NCBI GenBank assembly: GCA_005888735.1
Contig: VBBN01000035.1
Coordinates: 11,671-75,670 of the forward strand
Direction of reading: 5' to 3'
DNA length: 64,000 nucleotides
DNA from: Candidatus Bathyarchaeota archaeon
Lineage (GTDB): Archaea > Thermoproteota > Bathyarchaeia > 40CM-2-53-6
Below the pieces are notes generated by a model. The model did not search any database, was not told where the DNA came from, and saw only the letters and a list, made by a program, of their open reading frames with translations. Shown here one piece after another: positions 1 through 8,796 of this stretch; within the stretch, counting starts at the first letter, position 1; every line of letters starts with the position of its first letter. The position numbers and the translations under genes are program-made.

Positions 1-164
1 ACGACAAGAGACTGCGAGAGTTCGAGATAACCCCTGGAGGGTTCAAGATAGAGTCAGCCTTCTCCGAATATGAAGGTCTCATGACCGGCTCAGGTAGAAA
101 GGTGGCATCTGAGAAATTTGTTGAACTGTTCCGAGGAGCTTCTGGAAAAACCAAGTCGAGATGA
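1..164 (+). CDS. KaiC-family ATPase, C-terminal end (partial, runs off window)
   Basis: Frame 3 reads DKRLREFEITPGGFKIESAFSEYEGLMTGSGRK...KSR*, resembling the KaiC CII end (HDKxIREF...F...E.IxSGS). Not in ORF track. Confidence 0.75.
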   Translation, partial: DKRLREFEITPGGFKIESAFSEYEGLMTGSGRKVASEKFVELFRGASGKTKSR

Positions 165-171
165 AGAGTGA

Positions 172-516
172 ATGCTTGACCCAGTAGTCGTTCCAACGTT
201 GTACTTCGTGGCGGTCGTGCAGCTCATCCTGACCGCAGCGGTTGCCTACTACGCCTTCAAAGTCACAAAGCTAACGGGGTCTTTCAGAGCCTGGACACTG
301 ATAATTTTCGCATTCGCTCTACTAACGGTTAGAAACGTCATATCTCTGGCTTTGACCCTCTCCCTTCCAGCTGACCAGCTGGGAACCCTGATAGAATCAG
401 TCGGGGTCACCACTACACTGGCCAGTCAGCTGGTTAACATTATGGCGAACGTCGCACTATTCCTTGGAATGTTCGGTCTTGTCAAGAGATTCCAAAGCCA
501 GTCCAAGCCTTCCTAG
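172..516 (+). CDS. Small membrane protein (about 3 TM), probably co-transcribed with the KaiC-like gene
   Basis: 114 aa, three hydrophobic segments, ATG 7 nt after the KaiC-like stop. Confidence 0.75.
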   Translation: MLDPVVVPTLYFVAVVQLILTAAVAYYAFKVTKLTGSFRAWTLIIFAFALLTVRNVISLALTLSLPADQLGTLIESVGVTTTLASQLVNIMANVALFLGMFGLVKRFQSQSKPS

Positions 517-642
517 GAAGGCCGCCGCTTCATCCTCAGACACTGAAGCTGCCCTCCGATTGGTAGAACTTTTCAAGAACGCTTCGAAGGGAAATAAGTC
601 TCGCGCGAGCCCGGACGTAAATCCCACTTCTAGAGCAGTCAG

Positions 643-1122
643 TTAGACGCGGATCGACGTCTTGGCACTACGTCGCAGCAATGACACTGACACCACAGCC
701 GTGACAACGCCATAAACGATGTGCAGAATGAAACTCCCAACCGCGAAAGTTGCGTCAGTCAGGTCGGTAGGGACAAGAATCCCCGTCACGGGCACATAGA
801 CCAACACCCAGACTGCAACGCCGGCCAAAGCTCCCACCCAGAGGCCCCTGCGAACTGTTGAAAGTGTTAGGATTTTCACGCGCGATGTCACTACTACGAA
901 GGTTGCTCCAGCGACTATTCCCACCAGAAAGTGGAGGGCCCAGCCGCCAGCGATAGACGCTTCTCCAAACCCGAGTTTCTTTGCAACCGTGACGTAGAAG
1001 ACTTCCTGGCCCATTGCCACAGATCCAAGTCCCGCAAACACACCGAGCACAACAGAACCAACTACTCCACCTAAAGCACCTACTCTCAGCCCTCTTGACA
1101 CTGAATATTCAGACAATTGCAT
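643..1122 (-). CDS. Hypothetical 4-TM membrane protein
   Basis: 159 aa, hydrophobic, with GWALHF and HIVYG His-containing helices. Confidence 0.75.
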   Translation of the reverse strand: MQLSEYSVSRGLRVGALGGVVGSVVLGVFAGLGSVAMGQEVFYVTVAKKLGFGEASIAGGWALHFLVGIVAGATFVVVTSRVKILTLSTVRRGLWVGALAGVAVWVLVYVPVTGILVPTDLTDATFAVGSFILHIVYGVVTAVVSVSLLRRSAKTSIRV

Positions 1123-1251
1123 ATTACAGCGTCCACTCTCCTACAGTTATTAATTGATTCCGGACAGTCCTGTTGGCCCGACCCGAGAGAAAAGCCAGGA
1201 ATTCGAATCCGCTTTTATTCCGGACTGTTTGGAGATCGCTCTAGCACGAAA

Positions 1252-1737
1252 ATGGAAAAACTGCGAGTTCGACCTCTGGCCCAAGATGACAAGAGGTGGG
1301 TCGCAGAGTTCACCGAGGAGCACTGGGGCGCGAGGAAGGTCGTCGCCAAGGAGCGAATCATCTATCCAGACGAGCTAGAGGGGTTCGTAGCCTTCAGAGG
1401 CGATAGGAAGGTTGGATTAGTCACTTATCACGTAGAAAGGGGCGAGTGTGAGATAGTTACGCTAAACAGCCTAGTGGAGGGACAAGGTATCGGGTCCTCC
1501 CTGATGGATGCGGTGAAGAAGGCTGCCATCTCCGCAGGTTGCGGGAGACTTTGGCTGATTACGACTAACGATAACATGTCCGCCCTGCGATTCTACCAGA
1601 AAAGGGGTTTTCGACTAGCAGCCCTTTACCTGAATGCTCTTGACCGCTCACGCCTGCTAAAACCGCAGATTCCATTGTTCGGGAAAGACGGCATTCCGCT
1701 GCGGGACGAGATAGAGCTCGACATGTCGCTCGCGTAA
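1252..1737 (+). CDS. GNAT family N-acetyltransferase
   Basis: Acetyl-CoA motif EGQGIGSSL plus TTNDN..ALRFYQKRGF. Start placed at ATG 1252. Confidence 0.9.
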   Translation: MEKLRVRPLAQDDKRWVAEFTEEHWGARKVVAKERIIYPDELEGFVAFRGDRKVGLVTYHVERGECEIVTLNSLVEGQGIGSSLMDAVKKAAISAGCGRLWLITTNDNMSALRFYQKRGFRLAALYLNALDRSRLLKPQIPLFGKDGIPLRDEIELDMSLA

Positions 1738-1744
1738 GGCCGTC

Positions 1745-1942
1745 GTGAAGGAGCTAGAAAGTGTATTGAACGAGAATCCCGACCGGACAGAAAGCAAAAT
1801 GAAAACGGAACACAGGGCCGACGGTCGAAGAGTATCTTCACGGCCTTCCCCAAGAGGCGTTTCAGGAACGCTTCTTGCTCTGTTGTTCCGTTTTGCTCAG
1901 TACTTCCAGTTCTTCGGTGGAAAGGTCGCAGCGAGTGCCTGA
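1745..1942 (+). CDS. Small hypothetical protein
   Basis: 65-aa GTG-start ORF directly after the GNAT gene; no recognisable motif. Confidence 0.3.
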   Translation: MKELESVLNENPDRTESKMKTEHRADGRRVSSRPSPRGVSGTLLALLFRFAQYFQFFGGKVAASA

Positions 1943-2015
1943 TAGATAGTCGCCGAAACCGTCCTCCCATCGTGTTCAAATCTGAGTCCCTGTTGTTCGG
2001 CGAGCTGTAATAGCC

Positions 2016-3101
2016 ATGGCAGAAGAGCCACCTGGCGGATTCCTCACACTCAGCGATCTTGAAGAAGCCGCCTCAAAGAACGCCCTCGAACCAGCTTGGG
2101 CCTATGTTCAAGGCGGCGCCGGCGAAGAGCTGACGATGAAGGCAAACCGCGAAGCATTCCAACGAAGGACACTTCGACCCCGCGCCCTAGTCAACGTAGA
2201 AACCCTAGACCTCACATCGACCCTCCTAGGGGAGAAAGTGAGCGCTCCTTTCTACGTCAGTCCCACCGCCTACCAGGGCCTACTCCATGCCGACGCGGAG
2301 CTAGCCACTGCTAGGGCAGCCAGTTCAGCAGAAATTCTCGCGATCTTCAGCACCATCAGTTCACGCTCGTTGGAGGATATCGCCCGAGCCGCCCCCAAAG
2401 GTCCTCGATGGTTCCAGCTCTATTTCCAACCAGAACAGGCAACGACTCAACGTTTGGTGGAACGGGCCGAGAAGGCCGGCTACACAGCAATAGTTCTGAC
2501 CGTGGATGCTCCCGTTTTTGGCAACAGGGACACGACAATTCTAGGAGGATTCAATGTGAGTTCCATCCCTCTCGGAAATGGCCCCGACGTTTTTCCTCCC
2601 ACACACCCCACGGCCATAGACCAGCTGTACCATAATCGCAGCGAAGCTTCAGCCACATGGGACACAGTAGACCAGCTTCGAACGCTAGCCCATCTTCCCA
2701 TCTTAGTCAAGGGGATCCTCACAAGTGAAGACGCTCAGCTGGCCTTAGATCATGGTGCAAAGGGAATAATCGTCAGCAACCACGGCGGACGCCAGCTCGA
2801 CCAAGCACAAGCCAGCCTAGACGCCCTCCCGGAAATTGTTGAAACGGTCGGAGCCAATGCCGCCGTCTACCTCGACGGGGGAATTCGTCGGGGAAGCGAC
2901 ATTCTAATCGCTCTCGCCATGGGAGCCAAAGCTGTCGGAGTTGGACGCCCCGTATTGTGGGCTCTAGCCGCAGGTGGGGAAGCGGGAGTGGCACGATTGC
3001 TCTCATTGCTGAAAGAAGACCTCGCCATCGCAATGGCCCTTACAGGACGGCGAACGATCGCTGAAGTCGACCGGACCCTTTTGGGCACACCCATTCAATA
3101 A
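2016..3101 (+). CDS. FMN-dependent alpha-hydroxy acid oxidase/dehydrogenase (lactate/glycolate oxidase family)
   Basis: Motifs WFQLY, LTVDAP, VKGI, VSNHGGRQLD, DGGIRRGSD, GRP. Confidence 0.95.
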   Translation: MAEEPPGGFLTLSDLEEAASKNALEPAWAYVQGGAGEELTMKANREAFQRRTLRPRALVNVETLDLTSTLLGEKVSAPFYVSPTAYQGLLHADAELATARAASSAEILAIFSTISSRSLEDIARAAPKGPRWFQLYFQPEQATTQRLVERAEKAGYTAIVLTVDAPVFGNRDTTILGGFNVSSIPLGNGPDVFPPTHPTAIDQLYHNRSEASATWDTVDQLRTLAHLPILVKGILTSEDAQLALDHGAKGIIVSNHGGRQLDQAQASLDALPEIVETVGANAAVYLDGGIRRGSDILIALAMGAKAVGVGRPVLWALAAGGEAGVARLLSLLKEDLAIAMALTGRRTIAEVDRTLLGTPIQ

Positions 3102-3157
3102 GAACTGTTTAGGCTGGACCCATTCTCATACCTTACTACCAAGCTTCCAAGGCGCTT

Positions 3158-3613
3158 TTAATCTTCAAGAGAGTTCCGGGACCTTTGGTCCCCGACTGAA
3201 CTCAGCTGGCTCTCGAATTCAACATGGCTCGAGAAGACGTGTTCGCTACCGAACTTTCGTCCGCACGAGCAGATGAACTCGTTTCGGTTTCTTGAAGCTA
3301 GGAAGTGCTCCGACTCTGCGAGAGTCTCGTCTCCGCCCGACTCTTCTGCTCCTTCATCATTGTCCAGTGGAGGGCCTCCGGGGATGTCTGGAGGCACGGG
3401 GATAGACGCATCCTTGGAATTGTTGTCTCTGTCCCCCTTTAGCTCTGCAACTATCAAGCCCGCAAGATCGTCTGACAGGATGCGAACATCTTCGAGCGTG
3501 GCTTCAATGATTGCCTTGCCGGGAATGTTTCCAGCTCTATGCTCCTTGCAGCCGTTCAGGGTAAAGGCTCTGCAGGTCAGGCAGTGATACCCTTTGGTCC
3601 ACCAAATTGTCAA
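3158..3613 (-). CDS. Zn-finger protein (N-terminal CxxC..C..H, C-terminal C2H2-like)
   Basis: HCLTC...CKEH and FICSCGRKFGSEHVFSSH flanking an acidic linker. Confidence 0.55.
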   Translation of the reverse strand: MTIWWTKGYHCLTCRAFTLNGCKEHRAGNIPGKAIIEATLEDVRILSDDLAGLIVAELKGDRDNNSKDASIPVPPDIPGGPPLDNDEGAEESGGDETLAESEHFLASRNRNEFICSCGRKFGSEHVFSSHVEFESQLSSVGDQRSRNSLED

Positions 3614-3888
3614 GCCGATGCCTCTGCAAGAGCCTAGGAGTAATGGCAGAGGAGGCGTGTGTTCCTCGATTTAACTGGATTGTACCTTCGATAGACCAGT
3701 ACGCATAAGCGGGCGTCCTCCCCTTGGGGAGACGATAATCCCGGCTCTGGGAAACCCTGAAACTCTCAGGGGTCCTAAGGACTAATCCCGTGGAGGCGAG
3801 TTGCTCGCGACCAAGGCGTAATGACCGTTCGCCATAGGTGCTAGAGTGATGCACGCTTATTAGAACCAGCCAACTGCATCCAGAAGCA

Positions 3889-4356
3889 ATGGTCGTCAAG
3901 ACTGGAACCATTAGGCAAAGACTCCTCATAGCCTCCGTAACACCCAAAGAAGTCTACAGCGCTCTAATCGACCCGAAGAAACACTCAGCATTCACGGGTT
4001 CCAGGGCCACCTGTGACCCTAGGCGTGGTGGAAAGTTCAACGCCTGGGACAAATACATCTCAGGCAAGAACTTAGAGCTGGTCAAAGGCAAGAAGATAGT
4101 TCAGGAATGGAAGACCTCAGAGTGGCCTGAGGACTATCCAAGCTCGATTCTAGAACTCACCTTCACGCGGAAGAAAGGCGGGACGGAGCTGCGAATGGTG
4201 CACTCAAAGGTCCCAGCGAGCCAAGTGGCGAAGTATAGCGAAGGATGGGGAACATCGTACTGGGAGCCTCTCAAAGAATACTTCGGAAGAACAGTGAGGA
4301 TTGAGACAAAACCAAAGTCTCCCAAGAATTGGGAGGAAAATTTCAGCTGCCGGTAA
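3889..4356 (+). CDS. SRPBCC/AHSA1-like domain protein
   Basis: TPKEVYSALID, GGKF, KKIVQEW, GGTELRMVH, GWGTSYWEPLK. Confidence 0.9.
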   Translation: MVVKTGTIRQRLLIASVTPKEVYSALIDPKKHSAFTGSRATCDPRRGGKFNAWDKYISGKNLELVKGKKIVQEWKTSEWPEDYPSSILELTFTRKKGGTELRMVHSKVPASQVAKYSEGWGTSYWEPLKEYFGRTVRIETKPKSPKNWEENFSCR

Positions 4357-4568
4357 TCATTCATCTAAGGTCGAGTATTCTATCCCAGAATAGCGTCGAA
4401 CACTATTGTTCCTCTTTTCTCCTTTCTGGATCGTTCTGAGAGCTTCTTCGAGTGCAACGCATATTATTCTCCAGATGTAAGAGGGAGACGGGTCTCGTTA
4501 CATAATCTTCTACTCGACTGTTAATCCAGATTTCTGATTACTGAAGGCTCAAGGGTCTTGGTCAGTGC

Positions 4569-6143
4569 TTGCGAGGATCACGAGGGGTCCTGTTAGCAGT
4601 AACCCTCTTTCTAGGAATCCTGGTTGCGGTGGGCGGCCTCCACAAAGTCAACGCCGCTGGGGAGGGATTCACGCTCACTTCGCTCCCCGCTCGGACCAGC
4701 GAGGGAAACGCCTCTGGCGTCGATCTCACGCTCTCGGTTACTAACGCAGCAAATCCAGGAAGCTACAGTTTTACCTGGACGGTGACAGACCCGTCTGGTG
4801 GGTCGGCGAGTACGACCAAGCCGGTCTTGTCAACCGCTGCAGCGTGGACTGTGGCTGCCAAGTATCCGTCAGACTTCGGCGCATCTCTTAATCTCGTTGG
4901 CTCTTACGATGTGATTATTGCCGAGAACCTCCCCTCGCTAAACTCCAGCATCGCAACAGGACAATTTACAGTCGGGCTAACAGACTACACATCATACCAA
5001 CGGACCTCGACAGTGCATGTAGAGGCCAGCGGGTACCTGCCCGCCGACAACGTGACGATCAACATAGTTTATGGAGCTACCTCTGTCTCTGGCTACCCAT
5101 CGAGTAAAAACGCGGATCCTACGGGGGCCGTCCAGTTTTCTTGGCAGACCGCCGTGGACTCTGCCCTTGGAAACTATACCGTCAGCCTTGCGGGAACGAA
5201 CACCGTCGCCAAAAATCCGGCTGACATTCAACAGGTCATAGTCTATCCGACCAACATCACATTGACGCCTCTGAGGACAGGCAGCATCGTCGTCCAGAGA
5301 ACTGAGACTGTTGATTTTTGGTTCAACGCTACATACCCCAACGGGGCTTTTGTCAACACCGGCTCGGCCCCGCTACGGCTCATGGAGCCGGATGGTGTGA
5401 CTATTCACACTGTCAACGCTATCTATGACCTGTCTTCTGGCACCTATCACGCGGCCTACCCGACGAGCCTCACCCATGCACAAGGAACATGGACAGCTAC
5501 TGTCGCCTCGGCAAGCTTCACTGACGCTTTCGGGAACAGCGGACCCTCCACAGTTCAGCAAACCAGTTTCAGTATCCAACGCGCAACACTGGCTGTTTCG
5601 CTTCTATCGTCCAGCGGAACATATGCCCAAGGCAGTGTCATTCCCCTGTACACCAAGGTCACGGTACCAGGGAACTACAATTTCACGCAGGGAGCAGTTA
5701 GCGCCGTTTTCATAAGCTCCGGACGAACCATCGTAGGACCGATTAGCCTAGTCTACGACCAGTCTCTGGGAAAGTGGACTGGAAGCTACAAGGTCAACAG
5801 GGTAGACCCGACCGGCACGTGGGTCGTGACCATAATCGCGTCAGACAACTACGGCAATATCGGTCAAGGAACCGCCTCTCTTAACGTAGACACTCAGGGG
5901 ACGCAAACCTCAGCGGACTTGGGCTGGGTCGTCTGGCTACTTGTACTTGTAATCGTCGGGCTCGGTTGCGGAATACTCATTTTGAGACGTCGAGGCGTGA
6001 TTCACCGAGAAGTCAAGCTTGACGTTCAAGCCATCAAACAGAAGGCTAACGAAGTGAAGGGCGACGATTTTCTTCAGTCAATCCAAACTCAGCTGAAGAG
6101 GAGAGCTGAGAGAATTGCGGCCGAGAAGGAGAAACGTGACTAG
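4569..6143 (+). CDS. Secreted, C-terminally membrane-anchored Ig-like repeat surface protein (paralog A)
   Basis: Signal peptide, Thr/Ser-rich beta segments ending in D..GN.G, TM helix followed by RRR, charged cytoplasmic tail; TTG start. Confidence 0.85.
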   Translation: MRGSRGVLLAVTLFLGILVAVGGLHKVNAAGEGFTLTSLPARTSEGNASGVDLTLSVTNAANPGSYSFTWTVTDPSGGSASTTKPVLSTAAAWTVAAKYPSDFGASLNLVGSYDVIIAENLPSLNSSIATGQFTVGLTDYTSYQRTSTVHVEASGYLPADNVTINIVYGATSVSGYPSSKNADPTGAVQFSWQTAVDSALGNYTVSLAGTNTVAKNPADIQQVIVYPTNITLTPLRTGSIVVQRTETVDFWFNATYPNGAFVNTGSAPLRLMEPDGVTIHTVNAIYDLSSGTYHAAYPTSLTHAQGTWTATVASASFTDAFGNSGPSTVQQTSFSIQRATLAVSLLSSSGTYAQGSVIPLYTKVTVPGNYNFTQGAVSAVFISSGRTIVGPISLVYDQSLGKWTGSYKVNRVDPTGTWVVTIIASDNYGNIGQGTASLNVDTQGTQTSADLGWVVWLLVLVIVGLGCGILILRRRGVIHREVKLDVQAIKQKANEVKGDDFLQSIQTQLKRRAERIAAEKEKRD

Positions 6144-6900
6144 AAGCATAGCCGTCCACTCCTACAAAGGGGGCACAGGGAAGACAACCATTACCGCCAA
6201 CGTAGCGGTCGCACTGGCCCTGAAAGGACGGAGAGTTGGAGTGATGGACATGGACCTGGAGGGACCTGGACTCCATGTGTTCTTCGACTTAGACCCAAGC
6301 CAGCTCAGATTCACCGTGAACGATGTTCTCGCGGGCGTCGCGCCTCCGGAAGCCGCTTGCGTCCGGATGAGTGAGAAGATGAATCTGAACGGGGGCGAGA
6401 TCTACTATACGCCCGCCAGCGTCAAAGTCTCCGAGATCATGCGCACCTTGAAGGAGGGTTTCGAGCTCGACACGTTCGAAAACGCCATCAGGAGACTCCA
6501 GGAAAAGTTCGGACTACATTACTTGCTCATAGACACGCACCCAGGCATACAGCACGACACGTTACTCGCGCTGGGAATTTGCGACCACCAAGTCGTAATT
6601 TCACGAGTCGACCAACAGGACATTTTCGGGACAGGAGTACTGGTCGAGATTTCAAGCACGATGGACAAACCCGTCCATCTAATTTTGAACATGATTCCAC
6701 CGCGCATCAGAGAGTCAGAAGTGCTAAAGTTCGCGAGGACCCTTGGAGCGCACTTTACAGTCGACATGGCCGGATGGCTTCCCTTCTCCGAAGAAGTCAT
6801 CGGCTCTCTCAGCAAAGCCATCCTAACATTGAAAATGCCGAGGAATCCGATGAGCCAGCGGTTCCGGGGACTCGCAGAGGCCATTGAGTCCTTCGCCTAG
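6136..6900 (+). CDS. MinD/ParA family ATPase (paralog A)
   Basis: Deviant Walker A SYKGGTGKTT, DMDLEGPGL, LIDTHPG. GTG start at 6136 overlaps the upstream stop, with AAGGAG just upstream. Confidence 0.92.
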   Translation: MTRSIAVHSYKGGTGKTTITANVAVALALKGRRVGVMDMDLEGPGLHVFFDLDPSQLRFTVNDVLAGVAPPEAACVRMSEKMNLNGGEIYYTPASVKVSEIMRTLKEGFELDTFENAIRRLQEKFGLHYLLIDTHPGIQHDTLLALGICDHQVVISRVDQQDIFGTGVLVEISSTMDKPVHLILNMIPPRIRESEVLKFARTLGAHFTVDMAGWLPFSEEVIGSLSKAILTLKMPRNPMSQRFRGLAEAIESFA

Positions 6901-6933
6901 GCGAGTGGCTCAGGCTATTTGGGCCGCGGCCAG

Positions 6934-7810
6934 CTAGCCGTGTTTTGCTAGAAACCCCAACACTACACTGTTGAGCTCTGCTGGATTCTCAATGTGTGGG
7001 AAGTGGGCACATTCCCCAATCACCGCCACCTCAGCACTCGGGATTGCCCCAGCGAGCCGGTCGACTATCGAATGTAGGACTTTCGGGCTGTTCTCCCCGT
7101 TTACCAGAAGAGTAGGAGCGGATATCTTTGACGCATCCACTTTGCCGAAAGGCGGAACCTCGGCAGTAAGCTCTCCTATCGTCTTCTCGTTCTCTTTCAC
7201 CATCCTTTGAACGGCTTCTGGAAGCTGATCAAAGGCTCCTCTCCGGTTCATGATCCCATCCAGATTGAGTCTTAGAGCGGCGTCGAAAATCGCCACGTTG
7301 GAAAGCAGCTAGTGATGGGTCTAGAGATGTTCGCTGAAACCGCGCAGCAGACATTGCTGTTGAAGGGCTTCTCAGTAAGAGCGAAAGGAGTTGCGGTATG
7401 CTCTTCCGATTCGTCAAGAGTATCGTCGAAACTGCCGGTTCTACAAGCGTGAGCGTGTGGAAAAGTCCAGGGTTCGTTGCAGCACAGTAGGCCGCAGCGA
7501 ACCCTCCATAAGAATGGCCAACAAGATGCACAGGCGAGACATCTAGTTCATGGATCAAGCCAGCAAGATCAGCCGAGTTGTTCTCAATGGTACTGCCTGC
7601 ATAGTCTTCCCGGTTATGGTTCGGGTTCGCCAGGCGTCTACTGTAAGCAATTACGTGATAGTTGGCCGAGAAGAGTCCAACTTGGGCGTCCCATGCGCGG
7701 TAATCCGTAGGAATGCCGTGCACGAAGAACACGGGATCACCTTGCCCCGCTTCTCGATAAGCGAGACTAATCTCGCCAACCTTGGCGATTTTCAAACCTG
7801 AGGACTGCAT
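6934..7810 (-). pseudogene. Alpha/beta hydrolase with a +1 frameshift
   Basis: HGIP and GHSYGG nucleophile motif in one frame, HFPHIENP in another; removing one base from the A4 run at 7286-7289 joins them (QRGDF-DAALRL). Confidence 0.8.
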
Positions 7811-7947
7811 TAGCCCCGAAAAACGAGTTCTTCCCCAAAAGGTATTCCACAAGAGGACCGCAACTCCCCGGCAAAGTCGTCCCGGCAGCTTGGGCGAAGC
7901 TGATAAGGACAAACAAACGTCGTTAGTCGCGGAGTGTATGGGAAACC

Positions 7948-8745
7948 CTGAAGATCCAGGTCAACGGCGCAAACCTCAATGTTCTAGAGCTTGGAAACCC
8001 TAAGGCCAAGCCGATCGTTCTCATTCACGGCTTCCCGTTGAGCCATGAGATGTGGAACCCTCAAGTCGAGTTCCTGAAACAAAGCTTTCGAGTCGTCGCT
8101 TATGATATTCGAGGACACGGGCAAAGCGATGTGGGCGATGGCCAGTACACGATGGAACTCTTCGCTGAGGACCTCCTCGGACTGTTGGACAGTCTGAGAA
8201 TTGAGAAAGCTGTACTCTGCGGGTTGTCTATGGGAGGATACATAGCATTGCGCACTGCTGAGAAGAGCCAGGAGCGGGTCGGTGGGCTCATTCTCTGCGA
8301 CACTAAAGCAGAGGCGGATTCCGACGAGGCCAAACTGAAACGGGCCACCACCATAAGATTCATCAAGGAACAAGGCATGAAACCCTTCATCAAGTCACAA
8401 ATTCACGCCCTCCTCGCCTCCCAAACCGTCACAAAGAACCCTGCCACCGTTGAAATGGTGAGAAGAATAATCCAGGGCAACTCGCCAATCGGTGTGTGCG
8501 GAGCGCTTCTTGCAATGGCCGGACGCACGGACACCTCAGCGGCTCTTCCCAATCTCAAGGTTAAAACACTCATTATAGTTGGCGAAAACGATGCCCTCAC
8601 TCCACCAGAGCTCTCAAAGAGTATGCACGCAAAGATTCCAAATTCCACTTTGCATGTGCTCCGAAATGCAGGTCACTTGAGCAACCTTGAGAAAACGGAA
8701 GACTTCAATCACCACCTCAGCGACTTCCTGTCAAAACTCCACTAG
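7948..8745 (+). CDS. Alpha/beta hydrolase (3-oxoadipate enol-lactonase-like)
   Basis: HGFP, DIRGHGQS, GLSMGG, GENDALTP, AGHLSNLE. Frame is open back past CTG 7948; ATG 7938 is one base out of frame. Confidence 0.88.
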   Translation: MKIQVNGANLNVLELGNPKAKPIVLIHGFPLSHEMWNPQVEFLKQSFRVVAYDIRGHGQSDVGDGQYTMELFAEDLLGLLDSLRIEKAVLCGLSMGGYIALRTAEKSQERVGGLILCDTKAEADSDEAKLKRATTIRFIKEQGMKPFIKSQIHALLASQTVTKNPATVEMVRRIIQGNSPIGVCGALLAMAGRTDTSAALPNLKVKTLIIVGENDALTPPELSKSMHAKIPNSTLHVLRNAGHLSNLEKTEDFNHHLSDFLSKLH

Positions 8746-8796
8746 GCTACCCCAGAGGGCTCTTAAGTGAACAGTCCGATTCTGCCTAGAGAAATA

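Noticed and set aside
7280..7296. BHB introns at the other broken genes (hydrolase, DoxX, pmbA)
   Set aside because: These are 1-nt indels or a substitution, with no surplus sequence and no bulge-helix-bulge fold.
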